This document shows, one piece after another, positions 1 through 7,134 of a stretch of DNA of 10,956 bases. Every line of letters begins with the position of its first letter. Position 1 is the stretch's first letter. The notes under the pieces were generated by a model. The model had not been told where the DNA came from, did not search any database, and saw only the letters and a list, made by a program, of their open reading frames with translations. The stretch is from the IMG/VR virus record IMGVR_UViG_2541047722_000006. One strand, given 5' to 3'. The stretch is from a virus (taxonomy: Duplodnaviria > Heunggongvirae > Uroviricota > Caudoviricetes). Position numbers and translations under genes: made by a program.

Positions 1-165
1 CTCATGCTGGCGAACCCAGACACGCAGAGTCTCCGGCGTACAGCCAATCTTTGGAGCAATGGAACAAATTGTCGCCCATTGTGAGTCATATTCGCTCTGA
101 CTTTCCAGAACCATACGGACTGCCCGTTGACGGACTTCGGGGGAAAAACGAGTATTTTTAGTCAT
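1..165 (-). CDS. IS629 transposase OrfA, N-terminal part (continues beyond window start)
   Basis: ATG at 165-163 (minus) preceded by AGAGGT, giving [55 protein letters not shown], identical to OrfA of the complete copy. Confidence 0.85.
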   Translation of the reverse strand, partial: MTKNTRFSPEVRQRAVRMVLESQSEYDSQWATICSIAPKIGCTPETLRVWVRQHE

Positions 166-219
166 CCTGTTTACCTCTTTCTCAGGAAGTTTAGTCTCCA
201 GGATTCCCGGGGCGGTTCA
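1..219 (-). mobile_element. IS629 (IS3 family), partial copy running off the window start; left terminal repeat at 219
   Basis: The reverse complement of 1-219 is identical to the first 219 bp of the complete copy at 3495-3713 (TGAACCGCCCCGGGAATCCTGGAGACTAAACTTCC...). The terminus abuts unrelated sequence at 219/220. Confidence 0.9.
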
Positions 220-731
220 GCCCTGTTAACACTGCCACTGTTGGGCAACTTCAGAACCACTGTCTCACCGCATTATCTCAAGGCGCAACTGAATTAAATA
301 TCCATATATCAAGTCAGGGAGGGGAAACTGCTGCTGGCTTTACTGCGTATAACTTTCTTAAGTCACTCCCTGTTACCGTTAGAACTCACAACATAAGCAA
401 TGTTGAATCCATAGCTAATATCGTTTTCCTGGCTGGCTCAGAACGTTTCGCAAACCCATTATCAAGATTCCTGTTACATCCTCTATTATGGTGCTTTGCC
501 TCCCCAGCCGCCGACCATGCCAGATTGAGAGAGTACGGGAAATGCCTCGATAACGATCTTGATCGCTTCGTTGAGACGTTCAATATCGACATCGGAACCC
601 ATATTAGGTGGGCATCCCTGATAGCAGACTCGACCATTTTGGATGCTAACAAGGCTCTTGAGCATGGCATAATTAATTCCATAAAAACTGCAAGGCTGGC
701 ATCCAATCAGGCAAACTGGTGGGTTGTTTGA
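220..731 (+). pseudogene. ClpP-like (peptidase S14 fold) serine protease gene, 5' end removed or interrupted by IS629
   Basis: The plus frame is open with no stop from the IS629 junction (220) to TGA at 729-731. The translation (...NIHYSSGGETAAGFTAYNFLKSLPVTVRTHNISNVESIANIVFLAGSERFANPLSRFLLHPLL...IADSTILDANKALEHGIINSIK) aligns by eye with E. coli ClpP ([63 protein letters not shown]...[21 protein letters not shown]). Candidate Ser/His/Asp positions are present. There is no in-frame start between the junction and the TTG at 525, and about 40 or more N-terminal residues expected from ClpP are missing. Confidence 0.55.
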
Positions 732-756
732 TGGGTAAATCATGATTACTCCTTAT

Positions 757-778
757 AAAAAACCCACCTGACGGTGGG
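757..778 (-). terminator. Rho-independent terminator of the 188-aa/YafO-like operon (possibly bidirectional)
   Basis: Hairpin CCCACC-tgac-GGTGGG (763-778) directly after the YafO-like stop codon (780-782); on the minus strand it is followed by TTTTTTAT (762-755). On the plus strand only TTT follows. Confidence 0.55.
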
Positions 779-779
779 T

Positions 780-1229
780 TTAGTCAAACATAGTGTTTCT
801 AAAGTCTCTCGCATACCCTGCTAACACTCTCATTCTATTATGATTGTTAGCAGACATGTGAGCTACAGGATGAAAAAGAGCAATCAATGAATACCTGTTC
901 TCATCAAAAAGATTTTGTGCATAAACGAGAGCGGTATTGGATGTTTTATGCCACTGCAACTTTTGCGGTGTGCTGATATCTGTGCCATTTTTTATTGGCT
1001 CAAATTTATTTTCACCAATTGCTAAATGAAGGTGCATAAGGCCTGCATCTTCAATATCAGGAGGTCGATGATAAGAGGTGTCTCTGCCAAAATAGCTGGG
1101 CAACGTTCCCGTAGACTTGTAGATGATAAAATCATCTACAAGTGTTTGTTTTAAATCAGGAAACTCAACAAAAACCGGGGAGAAAAAATAGTCAAAACTA
1201 TCCTGATTATATTCCACGGTTACTTGCAT
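780..1229 (-). CDS. YafO-family toxin-like protein (type II TA toxin family, ribosome-dependent mRNA interferase), 149 aa
   Basis: ATG at 1229 preceded by GAGGT plus a 5-nt spacer, 8 nt after the stop of the upstream gene. The translation shares the motifs I recall from E. coli YafO: DFIIYKSTGTLPSYFGRD (YafO DFISYKRDGVLPDTFGRD), HLHLA (HIHLA), ALVYAQNLFDE (HLVYCQGAFDE), and a C-terminal AHMSANNHNRMRVLAGYARDFR (HKLARDNNQMHKIGKMAEAFR). AT-rich. Confidence 0.7.
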   Translation of the reverse strand: MQVTVEYNQDSFDYFFSPVFVEFPDLKQTLVDDFIIYKSTGTLPSYFGRDTSYHRPPDIEDAGLMHLHLAIGENKFEPIKNGTDISTPQKLQWHKTSNTALVYAQNLFDENRYSLIALFHPVAHMSANNHNRMRVLAGYARDFRNTMFD

Positions 1230-1237
1230 GTTTTACC

Positions 1238-1804
1238 TCAGTGGAAGTTACCAGAGTGAAACACACGAGTCCCGTGCTCAGCAAGCGCACGCAAACCAGC
1301 CATATCTACGGAACTATCAAAAACAACCGGAACACATGAGCGTTGTTTAATAAGACTATTCAGGTTGGTTACGGCAGATCTGGCATCAGCAACAACGATA
1401 TAGATATCTCTTGCGATCTCTTTAAAATCAGCAGAAGCTTCTTTGAATACCGATTTCATTGCCCCTTCAAGTCCTCTCAATTGATGCTCTATCAATCGAG
1501 ACTTTTCTGGTTCAATGATAGACAACACATTGTCTACATTCTCATCGGTAGCGTTTGCAAGAACACGATAAGCGTATTTCAGCATTCGAGACAATTCTTT
1601 AATCGAAGACACCGCCTCATGAAGCTCATCATTAGCCCGTTCACTGCTGAATGAGGATTGATGGTAAGCGTGCTGAACGTTATCAGTAACAACCACCTCA
1701 CAACTGAACGCAGAAGCTTGCTGTAATAGCAAACCTATTGCGACTCCAGCTTTGGCAGCGTTCAAGCTAAACATTTCATCAATCCCATTAGTCTCATTGC
1801 TCAT
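1238..1804 (-). CDS. Hypothetical 188-aa protein, first gene of the operon with the YafO-like toxin; no family recognised
   Basis: ATG at 1804 is preceded by a perfect AAGGAGG Shine-Dalgarno with a 5-nt spacer. The ORF track's longer 198-aa version starts at a TTG (1834) without a ribosome-binding site. The protein looks mostly helical, with no HTH or catalytic motif I can recognise, and is not YafN/Phd-like. Confidence 0.65.
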   Translation of the reverse strand: MSNETNGIDEMFSLNAAKAGVAIGLLLQQASAFSCEVVVTDNVQHAYHQSSFSSERANDELHEAVSSIKELSRMLKYAYRVLANATDENVDNVLSIIEPEKSRLIEHQLRGLEGAMKSVFKEASADFKEIARDIYIVVADARSAVTNLNSLIKQRSCVPVVFDSSVDMAGLRALAEHGTRVFHSGNFH

Positions 1805-1871
1805 ACAAACCTCCTTCTTATCGGAGATTATCAATAGCTATGCATCCATTGAATACACGCTATGCGCAATA

Positions 1872-1900
1872 AGTTTACGTCACGTGATATCATTATGCAA
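1872..1900 (-). promoter_or_regulatory. Putative sigma70 promoter of the 188-aa/YafO-like operon with an embedded palindromic operator candidate
   Basis: On the minus strand: TTGCAT (1900-1895), 17-nt spacer, TAAACT (1877-1872), about 65 nt upstream of the ATG at 1804. The spacer contains the perfect 8-bp palindrome TCACGTGA (1880-1887). Prediction by eye only. Confidence 0.3.
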
Positions 1901-1979
1901 CCACCGTTCTATCACCGACTAACTTTACTCCCACTCCTATACATCATCTGGTATCCTGCGCAAAACTAAGGAGGTTGGT

Positions 1980-2330
1980 GTGAATGCTCAGTCTGTCATC
2001 ATGGTTTTCCTTGGGCTGATTGTCGCAAAACTATATCCAGACTGGTGGAAAGGGGCATTAGCTACTGTCGCCATCTATTTGCTTTTATCCATCGTTAAGC
2101 GATCACTCGCTGAGACCGTAAATCAAGCAAAACGTTTCTCATTTAAGAGTTTAATAAACTATGTTACTGGGCTTATTTTTTGCCTTTCAATTCTGATCGC
2201 TTCGGCTTTTTTGCCCGTATCAATAGCTAATTTTTTTGGCGCACCATATGAGGTAGGTTATCTATTCTCTGTTTCCTGTCTTGCCATTGCTCTTCTTTAC
2301 CTGTGGACGAGATCAAAGAATAAAAATTAG
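1980..2330 (+). CDS. Small multi-pass inner-membrane protein (116 aa), possible superinfection-exclusion-type moron
   Basis: GTG start at 1980 with a strong AAGGAGG (1968-1974) 5 nt upstream. Three to four hydrophobic helices (SVIMVFLGLIVAKLY, ALATVAIYLLLSIV, LINYVTGLIFCLSILIASAFLPV, VGYLFSVSCLAIALLYLW) and a basic C-terminus (TRSKNKN). AT-rich, convergent with gp16. Confidence 0.6.
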   Translation: MNAQSVIMVFLGLIVAKLYPDWWKGALATVAIYLLLSIVKRSLAETVNQAKRFSFKSLINYVTGLIFCLSILIASAFLPVSIANFFGAPYEVGYLFSVSCLAIALLYLWTRSKNKN

Positions 2331-2347
2331 CCATCCGTGGCTGCCAG

Positions 2348-3494
2348 TTATTGAGCTTCTTTTTGTGATGCCTGTGCGACTCTGGTGAGCGATTGTGTGA
2401 CCGTACTGATCGCTCTGTCATATGCTGTGCTACCTTTTGGCGTATTTGCCAGACGTAACAAGGCATTTCGTATAACAGGGCTTTCGTATGCCTTCGCAGC
2501 TCCTCCTACGACACCAGCAGCAGGAACAACAAACGCAGCCGTTTTTAGCATCCCCGCTAATACTGCTGCGTTTATGATGCCACCACCAACTAACAATCCA
2601 TAAAGCTGCTGACCATTTAAGTTTTGAACGTTCGCTTTTGCCGCGTGTCTTGTATCGTTGAGGTATTTAATAACGCCGTCCAGTTCCTTTCCATGTACGC
2701 CTTTAAAGAAAGTTGCTGATTGCTTCCTGTTCCGGTGTAACGCATTAATAAACTTTTCAACACTAATATTTCCAGACGGATCAGTCGCCTTATCTACAGC
2801 ATTCTGAACTATGGCTGCTCGTGCGTTTTGCCTACCATTGTCATCCAGAAGCCTGTAAAGCTGAGAACGTTCTGATGGGTTTTGGCTAAAAACGAGTTTT
2901 GTTACATCCTCAGGTGTAGCCTTGCCGCTGGCTATTGCCTTTTGAACGCGCGTTCTTCCCATCATGTCATTGAATCTAGCCCATGAGCGATCAACCCTAG
3001 ACATATTGGCAGCTTCTTCTGAGCCTAGTTTTTGGGATACTGCTTTTTTCATATCCGCTGTATATGCCTTGTAGACAATATCGCTGGCTTTCTGGAGCGT
3101 GTCTTTATCAACAGTCTCGTTTGAATTCATGAACCGCTTTCGAAGGTCAGTTCTGTTTTCTCTCGCCAGACGCAGGTCATTGGGTCCGCTGGTGATATCG
3201 TCTTTAAATTGCTGCAAGACTTTTACCGCGGCTCTATCCTGAGATTTGCCCGGGCGGCTTAACACGGCAATCTGATTGTCGATAGCTTTTACCGTGTTTG
3301 AGAGATCGACAGGGGTATCCCCCATAGCGTCAATTATGCGGTTATATCGCTTTCCTGCTGCCTCAATGAATTTTTGTTGCCCTTTAGTCGCAGATTCATA
3401 AAGCTGTTTATCAGAAATGCCACCCAGACCATCGCTAAATGTTCTGACTAAATTTTCTCGTGCTTGTTGTTGATTCAGCCGATTCTTACCGGTT
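2348..3494 (-). pseudogene. P22 gp16-like DNA-ejection (transfer) protein, C-terminal fragment separated from its 5' part by IS629
   Basis: The minus frame is open from the IS629 junction (3494) to TAA at 2350-2348 (checked codon by codon for 3326-3494). It is in frame with the N-terminal fragment once the IS and one copy of the duplication are removed. Position after gp20 matches P22 gene order. Confidence 0.8.
3492..3494. repeat. Target-site duplication (GTT), left copy, of the IS629 insertion in gp16
   Basis: GTT immediately precedes the IS629 terminus TGAACCGCC at 3495; the same triplet follows the other terminus at 4805-4807. Confidence 0.6.
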
Positions 3495-3548
3495 TGAACC
3501 GCCCCGGGAATCCTGGAGACTAAACTTCCTGAGAAAGAGGTAAACAGG

Positions 3549-3875
3549 ATGACTAAAAATACTCGTTTTTCCCCCGAAGTCCGTCAACGGGCAGTCCGTA
3601 TGGTTCTGGAAAGTCAGAGCGAATATGACTCACAATGGGCGACAATTTGTTCCATTGCTCCAAAGATTGGCTGTACGCCGGAGACTCTGCGTGTCTGGGT
3701 TCGCCAGCATGAGCGGGATACCGGGGGCGGTGATGGAGGGCTCACCACCGCTGAACGTCAGCGTCTGAAAGAGCTGGAACGTGAAAATCGTGAACTGCGC
3801 CGCAGTAACGATATCCTTCGCCAGGCTTCCGCTTATTTTGCGAAGGCGGAGTTCGACCGCCTCTGGAAAAAATGA
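3549..3875 (+). CDS. IS629 transposase OrfA (108 aa, HTH DNA-binding part)
   Basis: ATG at 3549 preceded by AGAGGT. The protein has the leucine-zipper-like C-terminus ([29 protein letters not shown]) typical of IS3-family OrfA. Confidence 0.9.
   Translation: MTKNTRFSPEVRQRAVRMVLESQSEYDSQWATICSIAPKIGCTPETLRVWVRQHERDTGGGDGGLTTAERQRLKELERENRELRRSNDILRQASAYFAKAEFDRLWKK
3867..3873 (+). promoter_or_regulatory. Putative programmed -1 ribosomal frameshift site (A6 run) for the OrfAB fusion transposase
   Basis: AAAAAA at 3867-3872 lies at the end of orfA, just before its TGA (3873-3875); orfB begins in the -1 frame at 3872. IS3-family elements are known to make a fused OrfAB transposase by -1 slippage. 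Confidence 0.5.
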
Positions 3876-4762
3876 TGCCACTGCTGGATAAGCTGCGTGA
3901 GCAGTACGGGGTCGGACCGCTATGCAGCGAACTGCATATTGCCCCGTCAACGTATTACCACTGTCAGCAACAGCGACATCATCCGGATAAACGCAGTGCC
4001 CGTGCGCAGCGCGATGACTGGCTGAAGAAAGAGATACAGCGCGTATACGATGAAAATCACAAGGTATACGGTGTGCGTAAAGTCTGGCGTCAGTTGTTAC
4101 GGGAAGGTATCAGAGTGGCCAGATGCACTGTGGCACGTCTCATGGCGGTTATGGGACTTGCCGGTGTTCTCCGGGGTAAAAAGGTCCGTACGACCATCAG
4201 CCGGAAAGCCGTTGCCGCAGGCGACCGCGTAAACCGTCAGTTCGTGGCAGAACGACCTGACCAGCTGTGGGTGGCTGATTTTACTTACGTCAGCACATGG
4301 CGGGGCTTCGTCTATGTGGCGTTCATCATTGATGTGTTTGCCGGATACATCGTGGGGTGGCGGGTCTCATCGTCCATGGAAACGACATTCGTGCTGGATG
4401 CACTGGAGCAGGCGTTATGGGCCCGTCGACCGTCCGGCACGGTCCATCACAGTGATAAAGGTTCTCAGTATGTATCGCTGGCCTACACACAGCGGCTTAA
4501 GGAAGCCGGATTACTGGCATCAACAGGAAGTACAGGCGACTCGTATGACAACGCGATGGCGGAGAGCATCAATGGTCTTTACAAAGCGGAGGTAATACAC
4601 CGTAAGAGCTGGAAAAACCGTGCAGAAGTGGAACTGGCCACACTCACGTGGGTGGACTGGTATAACAATCGACGATTGCTGGAAAGGCTGGGCCATACTC
4701 CTCCGGCAGAAGCAGAAAAAGCTTATTATGCTTCCATCGGAAACGATGATCTGGCAGCCTGA
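3872..4762 (+). CDS. IS629 transposase OrfB (DDE/RNase H-fold catalytic part, 296 aa); expressed mainly as an OrfAB fusion spanning 3549-4762
   Basis: ORF in the -1 frame relative to orfA, overlapping it by 4 nt. Contains motifs of an IS3-family integrase core (WVADFTYV...HHSDKGSQY...[15 protein letters not shown]). Confidence 0.9.
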   Translation: MMPLLDKLREQYGVGPLCSELHIAPSTYYHCQQQRHHPDKRSARAQRDDWLKKEIQRVYDENHKVYGVRKVWRQLLREGIRVARCTVARLMAVMGLAGVLRGKKVRTTISRKAVAAGDRVNRQFVAERPDQLWVADFTYVSTWRGFVYVAFIIDVFAGYIVGWRVSSSMETTFVLDALEQALWARRPSGTVHHSDKGSQYVSLAYTQRLKEAGLLASTGSTGDSYDNAMAESINGLYKAEVIHRKSWKNRAEVELATLTWVDWYNNRRLLERLGHTPPAEAEKAYYASIGNDDLAA

Positions 4763-4804
4763 GTTCACAGATAAAACACTCTCCAGGAAACCCGGGGCGG
4801 TTCA

Positions 4805-4807
4805 GTT
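4805..4807. repeat. Target-site duplication (GTT), right copy, of the IS629 insertion in gp16
   Basis: GTT directly after the IS629 right terminus at 4804, matching 3492-3494. Confidence 0.6.
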
Positions 4808-5676
4808 CCAAAAAAAGGAACTCTTTCGCCTAATGTCTGAGCCTGACTCTGCATAAAGGTTTTATCTTTCAGCGTGTCACTGGTCATTAACGGCAGGTTT
4901 CTTTCCGACGCAAAATCGACAGCAGCCTTTGCTTCCGGTGACATCTCACCGCGAACAGCCCTGGAAACCGCACTAACTGTATTTTCCAGCCCCTTGCCAA
5001 CACCACCAATGCCAGCAGAAATTACCGTTTGTGCAGGATCAATATCTTCTCCGCCAGCAAGGCTGGTGCCACCCTGTAGTGCTAAATCTGTAGCAGCTGA
5101 TTTCCCTATGGCACCAAGCACCGTTCCAGCCCTGCCCGCTGGTGTGAACGCTAACGCATTAGCAAGAAACGAAGTCAGGTCTTGCGGTGATAAACCTGGC
5201 TTGTTCAGGGCATAATCACCGGATGGCAGGGAAACGATAGTGTTACCCTTCTCATCCTGCCTTAATTTCGCCCCCATACTCTGAAGAATCTTTTCCTGAG
5301 ACGCGTCGGAGCCGAAAAGTTGAGACCATCCAGCCTTCAGGGCATCCATGCTTAGTGAGTTCAACTCAGGGGCAGCCCCAACATTTTGCAGTCTCTCCAT
5401 TTCTGGTGTCATTCGGCTTTCACCGGTAACGGCATCGCGCATTGCAGCACCTAAAACAGCCCCTTGCTCAGCAGAGCGATCTAGTCCTTCCTTCTGCTGA
5501 GTGGCAAGCTGTGCATATCCTGATGCAAGTGAGTTGTCTGCTGGCGATTGCTGAACACCTTGTTGTGTTGGCGCTGACTGACCAGCAAAATACTCATCAA
5601 TGGCGGACCCAATATCTTCCGTGCTCGTACCATCAGGAAAGGTAAATGTCTTACCATTTGCAGTTACTTTCATCAT
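4805..5676 (-). pseudogene. P22 gp16-like DNA-ejection (transfer) protein, N-terminal fragment truncated by IS629
   Basis: ATG at 5676 overlaps the gp20 stop (ATGA). The N-terminus [33 protein letters not shown] matches my memory of P22 gp16. The present ORF (4765-5676) reads 12 codons into IS629 (EPPRVSWRVFYL) before stopping; native sequence ends at 4805. Confidence 0.8.
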
Positions 5677-7124
5677 TCCACCGTAAATTGAATGCCTGAT
5701 TTTGACGTGTAGCTACCTCCTGCTGATTGCTGAGTAGCTGGCTGTTGCCTTGATGATTTCTTCCCGCCATTACCAACATTAACGTTATATTGCTGGTTGT
5801 AATTGTCGGTATATTGCTGAATGTCGCGCATTGATTGTTGCAGCGCTTCAGGACTTGAGAAATCAGGCTTTGGCATACCCTGAAAATACCTATTGGCCTC
5901 TGCTTCGGTGTTGATGCCAGATGCCCCCATATCTCGGGCTGCTGCAATCCCCTGATTTTGCATTTTGCCCATGATTCGCTGTGCAGCGTTGTATAGCCTC
6001 CTCTCCTCAACACCAGATGCCCTGCTACGAATATCTGCACCAAGAGCAAAAGAACCTGAAGAACCTGTAATACCTGTCATGAAGCCAAGATCGTCAATTG
6101 ATGCGCCAGAAATTGCATCAAGATCTTTCTTCATTTCGTAATTCTGTGCATTAGCTGCCGATGTAGCCGGAGCAGCAATAGAACTGGCGGGGACGCGAAT
6201 CATATTGCCCTCGTTGTCTATTCCTTCGTAGAACGCATTAGCACCAGCGCCGTGAAGCTTCCTACCAACCGTTACCGTTCTGCCATCTGCCAGTTGCACA
6301 ACATTCTCCCCGCCAGCATCAGGACGACCTCGAACACGAAGATATGTCTTTTGTTGCTCTGGAGACAGGCTGTTGAAATATTGATATTCTTTAACAGATG
6401 CAGGAACAGCACCTCCAGCAGTGCGCAGGGAGTTTTCACGGCTAACAGCAATGCTTTGCGCCTTTAAACCTTCCCCAGCTTTATTGCTGCGAATCGTCTC
6501 TGCCAACTTGCCACGCTCAATATCCCGACCTTCCATTTGATCTTTGATATCGAAATACTTCTCATGACCGAGAGAAAATAGTGCCAGATTACCTGCGAAG
6601 TGCTGGAAGCCCTGCGGGTCATTAACCTGCATTTCCGCAATAGTTTCTGGAGGGATACCTAAACGACGCATCTCCTTTTCGTTATCCATCATGAACCTGC
6701 CAAATGCACCCGGACCAAGCGACGAAGCGACCTGAGCCTTAAGCGCCAGATTGCCAAAATCATCCCGCTGGGCGTCATCGACATACCCCATGCCTTTACG
6801 GACTTCCTCAAACTCTTCGGGGAATGCTGTAATAAGATTACGCATCTGCTCCCTGTCGCCGGACGCATAAGCATCCGCATAACCTTTCTGGAATGCCGCT
6901 TTACGCTCCTGCTTTTGCTGCTGCTTATAAATATCAGCAACTCCAGCCAGACCACGAAGACCTGTCAGAGCAACGTTATTTGCACCTGATCGAGCCAGTT
7001 CATTGTTTTCGCGGATCAGACCAAGCGTTGCGTTAATGTCGCTTGCCTTTGGCGCATTCTCATTTTGCGTACCGATGCCAGCCAGAAACCCACCAGAATT
7101 AATACCCTGTTGCCACGTAGCCAT
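5673..7124 (-). CDS. P22 gp20-like DNA-ejection (transfer) protein, 483 aa
   Basis: ATG at 7124 with GGGGT 5 nt upstream. Size (P22 gp20 is about 471 aa), position between gp7 and gp16, and a Q/N/G-rich low-complexity C-terminus are typical of ejection proteins. Confidence 0.85.
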   Translation of the reverse strand: MATWQQGINSGGFLAGIGTQNENAPKASDINATLGLIRENNELARSGANNVALTGLRGLAGVADIYKQQQKQERKAAFQKGYADAYASGDREQMRNLITAFPEEFEEVRKGMGYVDDAQRDDFGNLALKAQVASSLGPGAFGRFMMDNEKEMRRLGIPPETIAEMQVNDPQGFQHFAGNLALFSLGHEKYFDIKDQMEGRDIERGKLAETIRSNKAGEGLKAQSIAVSRENSLRTAGGAVPASVKEYQYFNSLSPEQQKTYLRVRGRPDAGGENVVQLADGRTVTVGRKLHGAGANAFYEGIDNEGNMIRVPASSIAAPATSAANAQNYEMKKDLDAISGASIDDLGFMTGITGSSGSFALGADIRSRASGVEERRLYNAAQRIMGKMQNQGIAAARDMGASGINTEAEANRYFQGMPKPDFSSPEALQQSMRDIQQYTDNYNQQYNVNVGNGGKKSSRQQPATQQSAGGSYTSKSGIQFTVE

Positions 7125-7134
7125 TGATTACCCC

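Larger units (their letters stand above)
3495..4804 (+). mobile_element. IS629 (IS3 family), complete 1310-bp copy
   Basis: Terminal inverted repeats TGAACCGCCCCGGG (3495-3508) and CCCGGGGCGGTTCA (4791-4804). Contains orfA and orfB in the typical 0/-1 frame arrangement, flanked by a 3-bp direct repeat GTT. Sequence recognised from memory as IS629 (close relatives are named IS1203 and IS3411). Confidence 0.95.

Noticed and set aside
525-731. 68-aa plus-strand ORF listed with an M start
   Set aside because: The start is a TTG, and the frame is open upstream to the IS629 junction at 220 with continuous ClpP-like similarity. It is the 3' part of a truncated larger gene, not an independent small gene.
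386-743. Minus-strand ORFs of 106 aa (386-706) and 85 aa (486-743), the latter with a GGAG-like site before its ATG
   Set aside because: They lie antisense to the longer plus-strand frame that carries recognisable ClpP-like motifs. Their translations are Cys/Pro/Trp-rich with no recognisable features, and the 85-aa ORF would start immediately downstream of a terminator.
1142-1654. Plus-strand ORFs of 65 aa (1142-1339) and 103 aa (1343-1654)
   Set aside because: Antisense to the well-supported 188-aa and YafO-like genes, low-complexity translations, no ribosome-binding site; treated as chance ORFs.
1805-1834. Longer 198-aa version of the operon's first gene
   Set aside because: It starts at a TTG with no ribosome-binding site, whereas the ATG at 1804 has a perfect AAGGAGG 5 nt upstream.
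2227-2603. ORFs 2227-2466 (minus, 79 aa) and 2385-2603 (plus, 72 aa)
   Set aside because: They overlap the membrane-protein gene and the gp16 3' fragment in other frames or antisense; no supporting signals.
1-4804. Composite transposon made of the two inverted IS629 copies carrying the accessory genes
   Set aside because: The middle copy has its own 3-bp duplication and excising it restores gp16 exactly, so it arrived by simple insertion into pre-existing phage DNA. A composite element cannot be supported without the outer flank of the first copy.
3630-4856. ORFs inside or overlapping IS629 (3630-3950 minus, 4050-4232, 4314-4595, 4620-4856 plus, 4520-4768 minus)
   Set aside because: Alternative-frame or antisense ORFs within the well-defined orfA/orfB of a known IS; considered spurious.
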